Positions 1 through 9,792 of a stretch of DNA of 54,486 bases are shown piece after piece (within the stretch, counting starts at the first letter, position 1; every line of letters begins with the position of its first letter). This stretch comes from Gemmatimonadota bacterium. GTDB lineage: Bacteria; Gemmatimonadota; Gemmatimonadetes; Longimicrobiales; Gaopeijiaceae. Location of the stretch: NCBI GenBank assembly GCA_036338615.1, contig JAYZBT010000079.1:1-54486 (forward strand), in the 5' to 3' direction. The notes beneath the pieces were generated by a model, which did not search any database, was not told the origin of the DNA, and saw nothing but the letters and a program-made list of their open reading frames with translations. Both the position numbers and the translations under genes were made by a program.

Positions 1-2
1 AC

Positions 3-635
3 TTCGACGATACCAGCGCGGCCGCCGCGCAGTTGGCCGGCGATCCAGAAATCTCCGTCGAAGCGTTTTTCTTCGTCTCGGAGCTGCCGGGGCTGGATAT
101 ACTGAAGCGGTACGATGTCGTGTTGCTCTACATTAACGGTATTTTCAACGAGTCGAGAGCGCTCGGCTCGGAGTTGGCTACCTTCGTCTCGCTCGGTGGT
201 AACGTGGTCTTCGGCTCGTTCTATTGGCAGGACCGACGCGACAGCCCCAAAGACTCAATCGGGTGGGGTGACCTCGAGAAAATCGATCCGTTCGCCTCGA
301 CCGGCGGAGCTGTCTACCGCGACGGGTCGCTCGGTTCGGTGACGCCGCACGACCTCACTCAGGGCCTACTCACGCTCAGCTCTAACGGATTCTGGGGAGG
401 TGTGATCGCAACCGGTGGGACGACCGTAGTCGCTTCGTGGTGGGACGGGACTCCGCTCGTGGGGTACAAGAAGCTCGCCGCTGGGCAACGCATGGTCGGT
501 GTCAGCCTGTTCCCGGCGCATTCCGCCGTGGGTGGCGTGAGCGGTGACACCGGGACCTTGTGGAAGAATGCGGTCCGTTGGGCCGGTGCCGCTGGCGGAC
601 CAGCCCGCGTGGGAGTGGTAGTCGGCGGGAGCTGA
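3..635 (+). CDS. hypothetical protein, 5' end outside window (possible class I glutamine-amidotransferase/ThuA-like fold, uncertain)
   Basis: The reading frame is open from the window edge (FDDTSAAAAQLAGDPE...) to the stop at 635. GC3 is high. No diagnostic motif was recognised. Confidence 0.5.
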   Translation, partial: FDDTSAAAAQLAGDPEISVEAFFFVSELPGLDILKRYDVVLLYINGIFNESRALGSELATFVSLGGNVVFGSFYWQDRRDSPKDSIGWGDLEKIDPFASTGGAVYRDGSLGSVTPHDLTQGLLTLSSNGFWGGVIATGGTTVVASWWDGTPLVGYKKLAAGQRMVGVSLFPAHSAVGGVSGDTGTLWKNAVRWAGAAGGPARVGVVVGGS

Positions 636-647
636 GACCCGGCTGCC

Positions 648-1922
648 TCAGCGCCTTTCCACCACCATCGCGAAGCCCATGCCGCCGGCAGCGCACACGG
701 TAATGAGCCCGAACTCGATGTCCCGTCGCGCCATCTCGTTGAGGACCGTAACCGTGATGCGGCCGCCGGTCGCACCGAACGGATGGCCGATCGAGAGCGA
801 GCCTCCCATGACGTTGATGACATCCACATCGGGATGTCCGACAGCCTCGCTTCGCCCGAGCTCATCCTGGGCGAACTGTCTTGAGGAGAGCGCCTGAAGA
901 TTGGAGAGCACCTGGGCCGCGAAAGCCTCGTGCATCTCCATGAGTCCGATGTCCGTCATGGTCAGCCCCGCCCGATCTAGCGCCAGCGGGGCGGCGTAGG
1001 CGGGTCCCTGCAGCAATTGGCCCGCGGGGTCCAACGCAGTCCATGCCCAGCTGCGTACGTAGCCCATCGGTTCGATGCCCTCGGCTCTTGCGCGCTCCCC
1101 GTTCATCAAGACGACAGCCGAAGCACCGTCGGTGAGCGGCGAGGAGTTGCCCGCTGTCACCGAGCCGTGCCGTCGGTCGAAGGCCGGGCGCAGCTTGGCG
1201 AGGAGGTCGAATGAGGTGTCGCTCCGGATGCCGTTGTCCCGGTCGATGATCTTTTCGTATTCGGGGGGCAGGTACACTGGAGTGATCTCGGCGGTGAGCC
1301 GCCCGTCTTGGGTGCCGGCTGCCGCGAGTTGATGCGATCGCAGCGCCCACCGGTCCTGATCCTCCCGCGAGATCCCGTTCTCCTTTGCCATCCGCTCCGC
1401 GGACTCCCCCATCGTTTCACCCGTGGTCGGCTCCGCGATCGCCGGCGTGACCGGGATCAGGTCCTTCGGGCGAACGGACGAAAAGGGCGAAAGTCGCTGT
1501 CCGAGAGTCTTCCCCTTGGCGGCGACCATGAACGTTTTCGACAGTTTGTCGCTCACCGTGATCGGGATGTGCGAGAGCGACTCCGATCCGCCCGCGATGA
1601 CCACGTCCGCCTGGCCGATTTCGATCAGCTGGGTGCCGTCGGTAATCGCCTGGTTGGCGGAACTGCAGGCCCTCGAGACCGTCACTGCGGGCACCGTTTT
1701 TGGAAGGACCGCCAAGCCGACCTCGCGTGCGATGTTCGGCGCCTGGGTATCGTGCACGACGGTTCCGTACACGAGTTGATCGATGCGCTCGCCCTTCAGG
1801 CCGCTGCGTCCCAGCGCGTCGCGCACGGCCACTTTTCCCAACTCGATCGCCGAGAGGTCGTTGAAGACGCCGCCAGAGCGAACGAACGGGGTGCGGCATC
1901 CTGCAATGATCGCGGTGTTCAT
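648..1922 (-). CDS. acetyl-CoA C-acyltransferase / thiolase
   Basis: 424 aa with an ATG start. Thiolase hallmarks are present: VSRACSSANQAI (active-site Cys), GGSLSIGHPFGATGGR and CAAGGMG near the C-terminus. Confidence 0.9.
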   Translation of the reverse strand: MNTAIIAGCRTPFVRSGGVFNDLSAIELGKVAVRDALGRSGLKGERIDQLVYGTVVHDTQAPNIAREVGLAVLPKTVPAVTVSRACSSANQAITDGTQLIEIGQADVVIAGGSESLSHIPITVSDKLSKTFMVAAKGKTLGQRLSPFSSVRPKDLIPVTPAIAEPTTGETMGESAERMAKENGISREDQDRWALRSHQLAAAGTQDGRLTAEITPVYLPPEYEKIIDRDNGIRSDTSFDLLAKLRPAFDRRHGSVTAGNSSPLTDGASAVVLMNGERARAEGIEPMGYVRSWAWTALDPAGQLLQGPAYAAPLALDRAGLTMTDIGLMEMHEAFAAQVLSNLQALSSRQFAQDELGRSEAVGHPDVDVINVMGGSLSIGHPFGATGGRITVTVLNEMARRDIEFGLITVCAAGGMGFAMVVERR

Positions 1923-2061
1923 TTAGTGGCTCCTGGGGCGGTAGAGCATCGCAAATGCTTGATCTTCGTGACGCAGGCGGCAACGATGGGGGGAGCTACA
2001 ATACCTAAACCTAGGAAAAGAGCTGTGAGGCGACCGTGATTGCGACCCTCCGGTACCCCTG

Positions 2062-2538
2062 ATGCGCCCCACGAAGGCTGCTGTGTACCTGGCCATTTGT
2101 GCCGTCGCGAGCGCTGGATGCGGTGCCCCGATGCCGGAGACCCTGGGCGCGCGAGACGGCGAGCTCTCTCCTTGCCCTTCCACCCCGAACTGCGTGCATA
2201 CGGGTCTGCGACATCCGGAGGGCACGCAACCGCTCTACCTGCATGTGGAGGGCGGAGGCAGCTTAGAACATGTTCGCGGCGTCGTGGAGGCAATGCCGCG
2301 CCTCACCATCGTCTCGGTGTCCGAGCGGTACATCCATGCGGTGGAACGTAGTCGACTGTTCCGCTTTATCGACGACCTGGAGCTGCTCCTGGCGGAGGAC
2401 CGTGAGCTCGTCGTCCGGTCGGCCTCGCGGCTGGGCAGTGGCGACCTGGGTGTCAATGCACGTCGTCTGGAGCGGTTACGCGCAGCACTCGGCGAAGCGG
2501 GCCTGCTGGCTCCCGCGGCGCCCCCCGGTAGTGAGTAG
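2062..2538 (+). CDS. DUF1499-family lipoprotein
   Basis: Signal peptide with lipobox (AVASAGC) and the CPSTPNCV motif typical of DUF1499. Divergent from the thiolase gene. Confidence 0.6.
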   Translation: MRPTKAAVYLAICAVASAGCGAPMPETLGARDGELSPCPSTPNCVHTGLRHPEGTQPLYLHVEGGGSLEHVRGVVEAMPRLTIVSVSERYIHAVERSRLFRFIDDLELLLAEDRELVVRSASRLGSGDLGVNARRLERLRAALGEAGLLAPAAPPGSE

Positions 2539-2556
2539 GTATCGCACACCTCAGAC

Positions 2557-3870
2557 CTACCTCAGCCCCTCCGTCACAGCGGCGACCACCGCGCGCTGGA
2601 GTGGGTCGATATCAGGGTACAATCCGTCCCGGTCGACTCCGCCGTGCTGTCGATTCGTGAGCAGCACGAGCGCGAGATCGTGCTCGGGCACCGCCAGCAC
2701 CAGGGTACCGGTGAAGCCGGTATGGCTGAACGTGGTCATGGGCACGTAGGCTCGAAGCTGCCATCCGAGCGCCTGCCCTTGGCCGGTCGGCATCAGGAAC
2801 GTGTCGATAAGATCCGCGCTCAAGTATCGTCGACCGCTGTATTCGCCGCGGTTGATCAGCATCTGTAACAGGACCCTCAGCTCTCGCGCGGTCGAGAAGA
2901 GCCCCGCGTGTCCCGCGATCCCCTCGAATGCGTGATGGGCGTTCCCGTCGTTGACCTCTCCGTACAGCGTGTACCGCCTCCAGCCGTCCCAGGCATCTGC
3001 GTCGCCGGCGATGCGATAACCGAACGTCGAGTCGTGCACCATGCGGTACTCGTAGGGGTTGCCGTGCGACGTGGAGGCGTAGGTGTCAGGCGCATCATCG
3101 AGCCCCGCGGCGTCGCGCGGGCGGAATCCAGTCTGCTCGAGCCCGAGCGGCGCGTATATGCGCTGCCTCAAGAAGTCGTGCAGGGACGTTCCGGCTACGC
3201 TCTCGACGGCTAGGCCCAGCAACATGAAGCCGAGGTCCGAGTAGTGACGTCCCGATCCCACCTCCCACGCCAAGGGACGGGCGCGAAGGTACTCATATGC
3301 CTGCTCACGGTTCGACGCGTGGTAGTACGTCGGAAGCCACTGTTGCAGCCCAGCCCGGTGGGTGAGCAGGTGTCGCAATGTGATGTTCGCTTTTCCGTTC
3401 CCTCGAAAATCGGGGAGATACCGTTGCAAGGGTGCATCTACCTCCATTTCCCCGCTCTCTACCAGCAGCATGACCGCCAGCGTAGTCGCCATCACCTTGG
3501 TGACCGAGGCGAGGTCGAAGACGGTGGACGCCGTCATGCGAACCGGGTCCGCCCGGCGACGTGCCCCGGTCTCATCGGCCGCCGCCGCCCTCCAAGCCGC
3601 GTACTGTCCGGTCTGGTACTCGTCGAGTCGGCTCCACCCGTAGGCGCGCTCGAGAACAACCGCGTCGTCCCTCGCGACCAACAGCACAGCACCCGGGATG
3701 CGCCCCGAGTCCACCCAGTCCGCGACCACAGAATCGGCGGTTTGTAGGCCCTGCTCGAGCTGAGAGGTCGCATGGAGGACACCCGCAGGGGGAAGCTGTC
3801 GCGGCTGCGGTGCCGCGAAGGGCGACACGGCGATGAGTCCGAGTACCGAGGCGAGAGGCAGTGGGCGCAT
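2557..3870 (-). CDS. serine hydrolase, beta-lactamase/transpeptidase-like family
   Basis: SxxK motif (ASVTK) and the downstream HYSDLG. The start was trimmed from the 541-aa ORF to the ATG at 3870 (MRPLPLASVLGLIAV signal peptide). The longer ORF would overlap the divergent gene at 4013. Confidence 0.8.
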   Translation of the reverse strand: MRPLPLASVLGLIAVSPFAAPQPRQLPPAGVLHATSQLEQGLQTADSVVADWVDSGRIPGAVLLVARDDAVVLERAYGWSRLDEYQTGQYAAWRAAAADETGARRRADPVRMTASTVFDLASVTKVMATTLAVMLLVESGEMEVDAPLQRYLPDFRGNGKANITLRHLLTHRAGLQQWLPTYYHASNREQAYEYLRARPLAWEVGSGRHYSDLGFMLLGLAVESVAGTSLHDFLRQRIYAPLGLEQTGFRPRDAAGLDDAPDTYASTSHGNPYEYRMVHDSTFGYRIAGDADAWDGWRRYTLYGEVNDGNAHHAFEGIAGHAGLFSTARELRVLLQMLINRGEYSGRRYLSADLIDTFLMPTGQGQALGWQLRAYVPMTTFSHTGFTGTLVLAVPEHDLALVLLTNRQHGGVDRDGLYPDIDPLQRAVVAAVTEGLR

Positions 3871-4012
3871 GGGGAAATGATATCGCAACGGTGGGCCAGA
3901 GGCACCGGGACCTATCGCGCCCCTGTTTCCGGGCCTAGCATGCCAGGGCGAGGCCGCCGTAGCGTCGCAGGGCGTACGGCGACCCAAAGGGAGACTCGAG
4001 AGGACACGGTGT

Positions 4013-4342
4013 ATGCAAACGAGGGACCGAGTGGACGGAGCAAGCCGCACGCGGCGTGGTGTGCGGCTCGTAGCCGCGATCGTGTTGGCCGTCACGGTTG
4101 CGTCGTGCGGCCTATTGGAGCCTGAAATCACAGGCACGGGCACGATCGTCTTCCTCGACATCGAGGGGGGATGTTGGGTCATCGATACGGTCGATGAACG
4201 CTATGCCCCCTTCAACCTACCGCTCAACAAGGAGGTCGATGGCCTCGAGGTGGACTTCGAAGGGACCCCCCGCCCAGACCTGACAGGGTTCTGTCCCGGC
4301 GTGATCATGGAGTTGACCTACATAGAAGAGGTCGACGCTTAG
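4013..4342 (+). CDS. small hypothetical lipoprotein
   Basis: 109 aa with a hydrophobic leader ending in a lipobox (TVASC) and good GC3. Its stop lies 4 nt upstream of the next gene. Confidence 0.45.
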   Translation: MQTRDRVDGASRTRRGVRLVAAIVLAVTVASCGLLEPEITGTGTIVFLDIEGGCWVIDTVDERYAPFNLPLNKEVDGLEVDFEGTPRPDLTGFCPGVIMELTYIEEVDA

Positions 4343-4346
4343 TCGG

Positions 4347-4949
4347 GTGATGCCGGGACCCGTCCCCATCGCGAGTTATCGCTATCGGCACGAAGCGGAA
4401 TTCTCCGCGGGCTTCCTGGCAGACGCCGGCATCCCATTCCGGCTCCAAGCCGACGACGCCGGGGGCATGGAGTCCTTCCTCACCAGCGCTCGGCAGATCT
4501 GTCTCTGGGTTCGTGCCGAGGACGTAGCAAGGGCGCTCGAGGTGCTCGACGTTCCATTGGACGGCAGCGCTTCGGACGTGGAAGACACGGGTGCCGATCT
4601 CGATCCTGAACTGCCCCTCGAGGACGAGGACGGAGCCTACCCGTCGGGTCTGTTCCTGCCCGAGGCCGGTGCGCTGGAGATGGGCCTGCCGGCCGACGAA
4701 GCTCGCCGCTTGCCGGAAAGGCCGGACACTTCGCGGACCACGCTGAGCGGGGAAGAGCGCGTAGTCGCGGGCGCGCTTGGCCTCGGTCTCCTAGTGCTCG
4801 GCCTGGGGATAACGCCACTGGTCCTGGCGGCCGGCCTTTCCGTCGCGAGCCTCGTCCTGAGCGGTGTCTTTGGTGTCGCTGCGTTCTTTGGACGCGCCGT
4901 CGGGCCGTTCCGGGTCGCGTTACGCGTCCTCTCCGGACACCTTCCTTGA
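4347..4949 (+). CDS. DUF2007-like (putative signal-transducing) domain protein with C-terminal membrane segments
   Basis: The N-terminus (ASYRYRHEAEFSAGFLADAGIPFRL...VRAEDVARALEVL) resembles DUF2007. An acidic linker follows, then two hydrophobic stretches (VVAGALGLGLLVLGLGITPLVLAAGLSVASLVLSGVFGVAAFF). Confidence 0.5.
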   Translation: MMPGPVPIASYRYRHEAEFSAGFLADAGIPFRLQADDAGGMESFLTSARQICLWVRAEDVARALEVLDVPLDGSASDVEDTGADLDPELPLEDEDGAYPSGLFLPEAGALEMGLPADEARRLPERPDTSRTTLSGEERVVAGALGLGLLVLGLGITPLVLAAGLSVASLVLSGVFGVAAFFGRAVGPFRVALRVLSGHLP

Positions 4950-5036
4950 CCGGAATGGAATAGCGGAGCCCCCGCGGGCGTACAGGAGATGCCGTTGCTG
5001 CCACCCCCACCACACCCAGAAGCGTCCGAGTAGCCG

Positions 5037-6293
5037 ATGCGCGCAGTCTCATTCAACGTCACCGTCCCGGGTTTTCTCATCGGGAAGGGCCTGGGTGGCT
5101 TTACCGAGTCAGCCATCTTCGGCGGCTTCAGCGGCCTCCGTTTCGGGGATGTCGCGGAGCCACCATTGCCTGCGGCGGACTGGGTGCGTCTGGAGATCTT
5201 GAAGGCCGGGATCTGCGGAACCGATATCGGCACGTTGACGTTCAAAGCCAGTCCCGCCATGGAGCCCTTCGGGTCCTTCCCTGCCGTGCTCGGCCACGAG
5301 ATCCTGGCTCGGGTGCTGGAGATCGGAAGCGACGTACACTCAGTCGAGCCCGGGCAGCGCGTCGCGGTGGACCCAATGATCTCGTGCACCATGCGGGGGT
5401 TTGCGGGCGATACGCAGTGTGGCTCTTGTTCGGCTGGGTTGCATTGCACGTGCGAACGAAGCGGCGAGGAGGGCGCTCTGAAGGTCGACGGCAGCCCGCT
5501 CGAGCGTGGCGCGACGATCGGATATCATGCGTCGCTGCCGGGCGGGTTGGCGGAACGCATGATTGCGCACGAGAGTCAGCTCTTCGCGCTGGACGACGCG
5601 ATGAAGGAGCGGACCGCTGCGCTCATCGAACCACTGGCGGTCGGCATGCATGCGGTGCTCGGCTCGCGGCCTTTCGGTGCGGGGCCGGTATTGGTGATCG
5701 GGAGCGGCCCAATCGCGCTCGGCACGATTTGGTCTTTGCGAGCCGCCGGCTACTCGGGGGAGCTGGTTGCCCAGATCAAGCGCGGCCACGAGGCAGAGAT
5801 TGCGCGGGGGTTGGGAGCGAGCGAGGTGGTGGTTCCGGGCGACGAGGCCCGCCAAGCGCTCGTGGATACGGGCGCTCAAGCGTACATCCCGATCGTCGGT
5901 GACGAGGTATACGCGGGCGGAGGGTTCCCGCTGATCTTCGATTGCGTCGGCAGTGGACAGACCGTCAAGCAGTGTCTTCGCTACGCGGCCCCCCGCGGTC
6001 GCGTGGTGATGCTGGGTTGCGCCGCCGAGATCTCCAAGCTGGATCTGACCTTTGTCTGGGCGCGGGAACTCGACGTGAAGGGGTACGTCGGCTATGGCAC
6101 AGAGGACTGGCGCGGCGAGCGCGTGCATACGTTCCAGGTCACGCACGACATGTTGTTGGAAACCGAGGCCCCAGTAGAACCGATCGTGACCCACGTATAC
6201 CCGCTCGATCAGTACCGAGATGCGCTTTCGACGGCCACGAATCGCCGGCGAACGGGTTCGATCAAGGTGCTGCTCGATCCCACGGTGGGGTGA
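5037..6293 (+). CDS. zinc-dependent alcohol dehydrogenase (MDR superfamily)
   Basis: GICGTD and GHE zinc-ligand motifs, a structural-zinc Cys cluster (CGSCSAGLHC) and a Rossmann VIGSGPIALG. Confidence 0.8.
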   Translation: MRAVSFNVTVPGFLIGKGLGGFTESAIFGGFSGLRFGDVAEPPLPAADWVRLEILKAGICGTDIGTLTFKASPAMEPFGSFPAVLGHEILARVLEIGSDVHSVEPGQRVAVDPMISCTMRGFAGDTQCGSCSAGLHCTCERSGEEGALKVDGSPLERGATIGYHASLPGGLAERMIAHESQLFALDDAMKERTAALIEPLAVGMHAVLGSRPFGAGPVLVIGSGPIALGTIWSLRAAGYSGELVAQIKRGHEAEIARGLGASEVVVPGDEARQALVDTGAQAYIPIVGDEVYAGGGFPLIFDCVGSGQTVKQCLRYAAPRGRVVMLGCAAEISKLDLTFVWARELDVKGYVGYGTEDWRGERVHTFQVTHDMLLETEAPVEPIVTHVYPLDQYRDALSTATNRRRTGSIKVLLDPTVG

Positions 6294-6315
6294 CGAAGGC
6301 CTTCCGGATGACCCA

Positions 6316-7569
6316 GTGACCCGCGGGCGCGTGGTCGTCGTGGGTGGAGGCGTGGTCGGCGTGAGCTGCGCGTACGCCCTGGCGCGCGAAGGTCTCGCCG
6401 TCGTTCTGCTCGAACGTGAGCACGTCGCCGCCGGCGCCTCCCACGGAAACGCCGGCACGGTATCGGCGGGCCACCCACCCCTGAACCGCCCGGGGCGGAT
6501 CACGCAGGCCATCACGCAGATGCTGGACGCGAAGAGCCCACTCTACTTGCCCCCTCGCTGGGATCCAGAGTTGTGGCGCTGGCTTCTCACCTTCGCGCGT
6601 CACTGTAGCGCCGCGCATGTGGAGAAGTGCATGCGGGTCATGGCGCCTCTGGGGCTAGACGCTCTGGCCAGCTTCGACCGACTCATCGAGGAGGAGAGTA
6701 TCGACTGCGGCTACCGTGCAGAGGGGTACTTCGAGGTCTGTACGACGGCCACGGGCGTGGCGAGGGCCCAGCACGAAGCGTCGATCATCGCAGGTGGCGG
6801 CTACCATCCGGAGGTCCTCGATGGGGACGAACTACGGAGAAGGGAGCCCGAATTCGGGCCTGGGGTCATCGGGGGCGTGCACTACCCGGAGGCGCGCACG
6901 CTCGACCCGTATCGGTTCGTAACCGAACTGGTCTCGAGAGCCCGGCATCGGGGCGTCGACGTTCGCGAGGGTGTGGCCGTGGGTGGCGTCTCGACTGCGG
7001 GCGGCCGCGTGACCGGGGTGCGCACAAACTCGGGTGAATTCGTCGAAGCGGACCACGTGGTGCTCGCTACCGGCCCGTTCAGTCTCGAGTTGTCACGCCG
7101 GATCGGCGTGTGGCTTCCTGTACAGCCGGGCAAAGGGTACCACAGGGACATTGTGGTGGCACCCGGTGGGGCCCCCCCGCTCCGCTCCGCGTGCGTACTA
7201 CATGAGAGCTCGGTGTTCTGTACGCCGATGGCGGGATTCGTGCGCTTTGCGGGCACCATGGAGTTCTCGGGGCTCAACGACGTAATGAGGCCGGCCCGCC
7301 TCCGGCAGCTCACCGAAGCCGCCCGTTCGTGCCTTCCGGGCCTCGGCGGCGAGGATCCGACATCCGAGTGGTGCGGGCTCCGTCCCATGTCCGCGGACGG
7401 GTTGCCGATCGTCGGACCGCTGGGTGGCGTCGACGGCGTCAGCATCGCCACGGGTCACGGGATGCTGGGGCTCACGCTCGGACCCGTCACCGGTGAGATC
7501 ATCGCCAAGCAGGTCGTAGGAGTGGGTGAGTCGAAGCACCGGCCGCTGGCTCCTGAGCGCTTCTCCTGA
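6316..7569 (+). CDS. FAD-dependent oxidoreductase (DAO / D-amino-acid dehydrogenase-like)
   Basis: N-terminal GxGxxG (VVVVGGGVVGVSCAYALAREG). The start was trimmed to the GTG at 6316, just after the ADH stop at 6293. Confidence 0.8.
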   Translation: MTRGRVVVVGGGVVGVSCAYALAREGLAVVLLEREHVAAGASHGNAGTVSAGHPPLNRPGRITQAITQMLDAKSPLYLPPRWDPELWRWLLTFARHCSAAHVEKCMRVMAPLGLDALASFDRLIEEESIDCGYRAEGYFEVCTTATGVARAQHEASIIAGGGYHPEVLDGDELRRREPEFGPGVIGGVHYPEARTLDPYRFVTELVSRARHRGVDVREGVAVGGVSTAGGRVTGVRTNSGEFVEADHVVLATGPFSLELSRRIGVWLPVQPGKGYHRDIVVAPGGAPPLRSACVLHESSVFCTPMAGFVRFAGTMEFSGLNDVMRPARLRQLTEAARSCLPGLGGEDPTSEWCGLRPMSADGLPIVGPLGGVDGVSIATGHGMLGLTLGPVTGEIIAKQVVGVGESKHRPLAPERFS

Positions 7570-7570
7570 G

Positions 7571-7945
7571 ATGGACGCTCTGCATCCCGAGGCTGAAGTT
7601 CACATCGACGGCGACTTGGTGAGGGCCCTGCTCCACGAGCAGCACCCGGACCTGGCGGGGGAGACACTGGCTCGCGTGGACGCTGGGTGGGACAACGTGA
7701 CGTATCGCGTCGGGGGCGAACTCGCGATTCGTATCCCTCGCAGGGAGACCGCGGTCGCCCTCCTGCTCAACGAGCAACGCTGGTTGCCCGTCTTGGGCCC
7801 GAGGCTCGGGATTGCGGTGCCGCTTCCCACGCGCAGCGGCGTGTCGTCCGGATCGTTCAAGTGGCCCTGGAGCATCGTGAAATGGGTCCCGGGCCAAACG
7901 GTTGAACGCCTAGCGGCGAATCGAGGGTCCGTCAGAAGCGCGTGA
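7571..7945 (+). pseudogene. truncated aminoglycoside/choline-kinase-type phosphotransferase (APH family), N-terminal third only
   Basis: GWDNVTYRVGGELAIRIPR...NEQRWLPVL...WPWSIVKWVPGQ matches the APH N-lobe. The ORF stops after about 125 aa, before the catalytic HxDxxxxN/DxD region. A convergent gene ends 12 nt later. Confidence 0.55.
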
Positions 7946-7957
7946 CTCCGGACAACC

Positions 7958-8614
7958 TCAGCGGATGTCGACCACCAGCCGTTGTGGAGACCTCATCTCG
8001 AGCACGCGCACATCACTGCCCTCAAGCAGGCCCGCGATCCACGTGATCACCTCGTCCGCTTCACAGACGATGCCCGCTTCGTGTAAACGGGCGAAGTCAT
8101 ACGTTTCGATCCCGATCGACATGGTGCGACGATTGCCGTCGACGATCCGGGCCGGCTTCATGCGGAGCACCAGGAACTGGTTTCCCCCGAGTTCGGGCGC
8201 GTGCTCCACATCGGCTTCGGCTCCGTCTTCGCTCTCGCTCGGCTCTCCACATACAACCGCTACTCCTGGTGGCACGACTCGGATCTCGTAGCCTGGGGCG
8301 GGTGCGTCCGAGCCGAACGCAAATGTCATTCGGTCGAAGCCCTCGTGGTCCGTAACCTCGACGCCCTCGATGATCGACCTGGGCGCGGCCGGACCGGGGC
8401 TGCGATTGATCGCGTTCCTCGTCCAAGGTAGCTCGACCGAAAGATTGGCCAGATCGAGATTCACCAGATCGGCTTCTACGAGCGGCACCCGTTCGAGCTG
8501 CTTGACCGTCGAATCTGGAGCCTCTTCGGCCTGGGCGGTGGACTCGGCCTGCTCACCGGCGCAAGCGGCGAGCGCGAGCGTCAGCACGAGCAGCGAGGTG
8601 TGCTTCTGGGTCAT
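7958..8614 (-). CDS. hypothetical lipoprotein (possible AMIN-like domain, uncertain)
   Basis: Lipoprotein signal (LLVLTLALAACAG). FDRMTFAFGSDAPAPGYEIRVV...GNQFLVLRM resembles AMIN-like lipoproteins. Confidence 0.6.
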   Translation of the reverse strand: MTQKHTSLLVLTLALAACAGEQAESTAQAEEAPDSTVKQLERVPLVEADLVNLDLANLSVELPWTRNAINRSPGPAAPRSIIEGVEVTDHEGFDRMTFAFGSDAPAPGYEIRVVPPGVAVVCGEPSESEDGAEADVEHAPELGGNQFLVLRMKPARIVDGNRRTMSIGIETYDFARLHEAGIVCEADEVITWIAGLLEGSDVRVLEMRSPQRLVVDIR

Positions 8615-8709
8615 GGAACTTCGGGGTAAATGGGCTACGAGGCCTCGATGGCGTGTGTCGTGTCCGGGCGCGTCCTACACTCGCGGCTATACGATGTTCG
8701 GTATCCGTT

Positions 8710-9324
8710 TCAGAGGTCCAGCGGGATGACCTCGGGGCGCACCTTGCTGTTCGGCTTGTCGCCGTCCACACCGATCCCCTCGAGCTTGAGCAGCGCGACC
8801 TTGGCCGGTAGCCCGCCCCCGAAGCCGGTGAGTCGTCCATCGGAAGCCACCACCCGGTGGCATGGCACGACGATCGGGATGGGGTTGGCGCCGACGGCCT
8901 GCCCGACCGCTCGGGCCATGTCGGGCTTGCCTACGTCTCGCGCGACCTGGCCGTAGGAGACTACCTGCCCGTATTTGGTGTCGAGCAACCTACGGTAGAC
9001 GTCGTGTTGGAAGCCGGTCGTCGCCGTGGAGAAGTCCAACTGAACGTCGAACGTGGTTCGTCGCTTGGCGAAGTAGGCCTCGAGCTGCTCCACGGCCTCG
9101 CCCAGATAATCCGGCCACTGCGCTAGAGGATCGGTGTGACGCTCGCGCGGTAAGGGTCCGAACTCGATGTGGCGGACCCCGGTCGGTGACACCCAAACGG
9201 TGATAGGACCCGCTCGTGTGTCGGGAAGATGAGCCGAGTGGATCTTGACCGGTGTCAGTGGGGCCCCTCTGACGAGTGCTTCTTGAGGGCCTCCTGCAGG
9301 GCGTCGAACCCGATCAGCGCACAC
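8710..9324 (-). CDS. ogt: methylated-DNA--protein-cysteine methyltransferase
   Basis: Active-site IPIVVPCHRVV followed by GGGLPAKVALLKLEG. The start is uncertain. The ATG at 9324 overlaps sufU by 70 nt, and an alternative GTG lies at 9192. Confidence 0.8.
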   Translation of the reverse strand: MCADRVRRPAGGPQEALVRGAPLTPVKIHSAHLPDTRAGPITVWVSPTGVRHIEFGPLPRERHTDPLAQWPDYLGEAVEQLEAYFAKRRTTFDVQLDFSTATTGFQHDVYRRLLDTKYGQVVSYGQVARDVGKPDMARAVGQAVGANPIPIVVPCHRVVASDGRLTGFGGGLPAKVALLKLEGIGVDGDKPNSKVRPEVIPLDL

Positions 9325-9707
9325 TTGATACGCACCGGAAACTTGCTCACCCCCTGTAGCGCTCGCAGGTCTCCGAGTGCCTTGTCCTTGGCCGCTTCCT
9401 CGTCCCCGTGCATGAGGGCGGTGAACCGCTCCGCCAGGGCGTCTGCGTCGCTCAGGGAGGCGCCTTGCAGCTTCTGGGTCATCATGCTGATCGCGGCTTG
9501 CGAGATTGAGCAGCCTTGCCCGACGAACTTCGCCTCGGCGATGTGATCGTCCTCGATGCGCAACTGGAGGTGGATCTCGTCTCCACAGACCGGGTTGGCC
9601 ATGCGGATCTCTACGCTCTTCTCTGCCATTTCCGCTTTGTTACGTGGGTTGCGGTAGTGTTCGAGAATTAACTGCTGGTAGAGCGAGTTGAGTTGTGGAG
9701 TTTCCAT
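9255..9707 (-). CDS. sufU: SufU / IscU-like Fe-S cluster assembly sulfur-transfer protein
   Basis: 150 aa. The conserved Cys contexts NPVCGDE, GQGCSIS and RIKCAL are present. It lies immediately downstream of sufS. Confidence 0.85.
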   Translation of the reverse strand: METPQLNSLYQQLILEHYRNPRNKAEMAEKSVEIRMANPVCGDEIHLQLRIEDDHIAEAKFVGQGCSISQAAISMMTQKLQGASLSDADALAERFTALMHGDEEAAKDKALGDLRALQGVSKFPVRIKCALIGFDALQEALKKHSSEGPH

Positions 9708-9792
9708 TGTTCGCTACGTCCGCTGATCGGATTACTAATGTACGCCTCCCCGCGCGACAGCGCTTGCCGCGGGGTCGGGGGCGGGATGGTCG

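Noticed and set aside
3871-4182. 104-codon N-terminal extension of the beta-lactamase-fold gene
   Set aside because: The internal ATG at 3870 is followed by a normal signal peptide. The extension would run through the divergent promoter region and overlap the plus-strand lipoprotein gene starting at 4013.
5340-6515. 391-aa minus-strand ORF
   Set aside because: It is antisense to the Zn-ADH and the start of the FAD oxidoreductase, both of which carry clear motifs. The translation is Arg/Pro-rich shadow-frame sequence.
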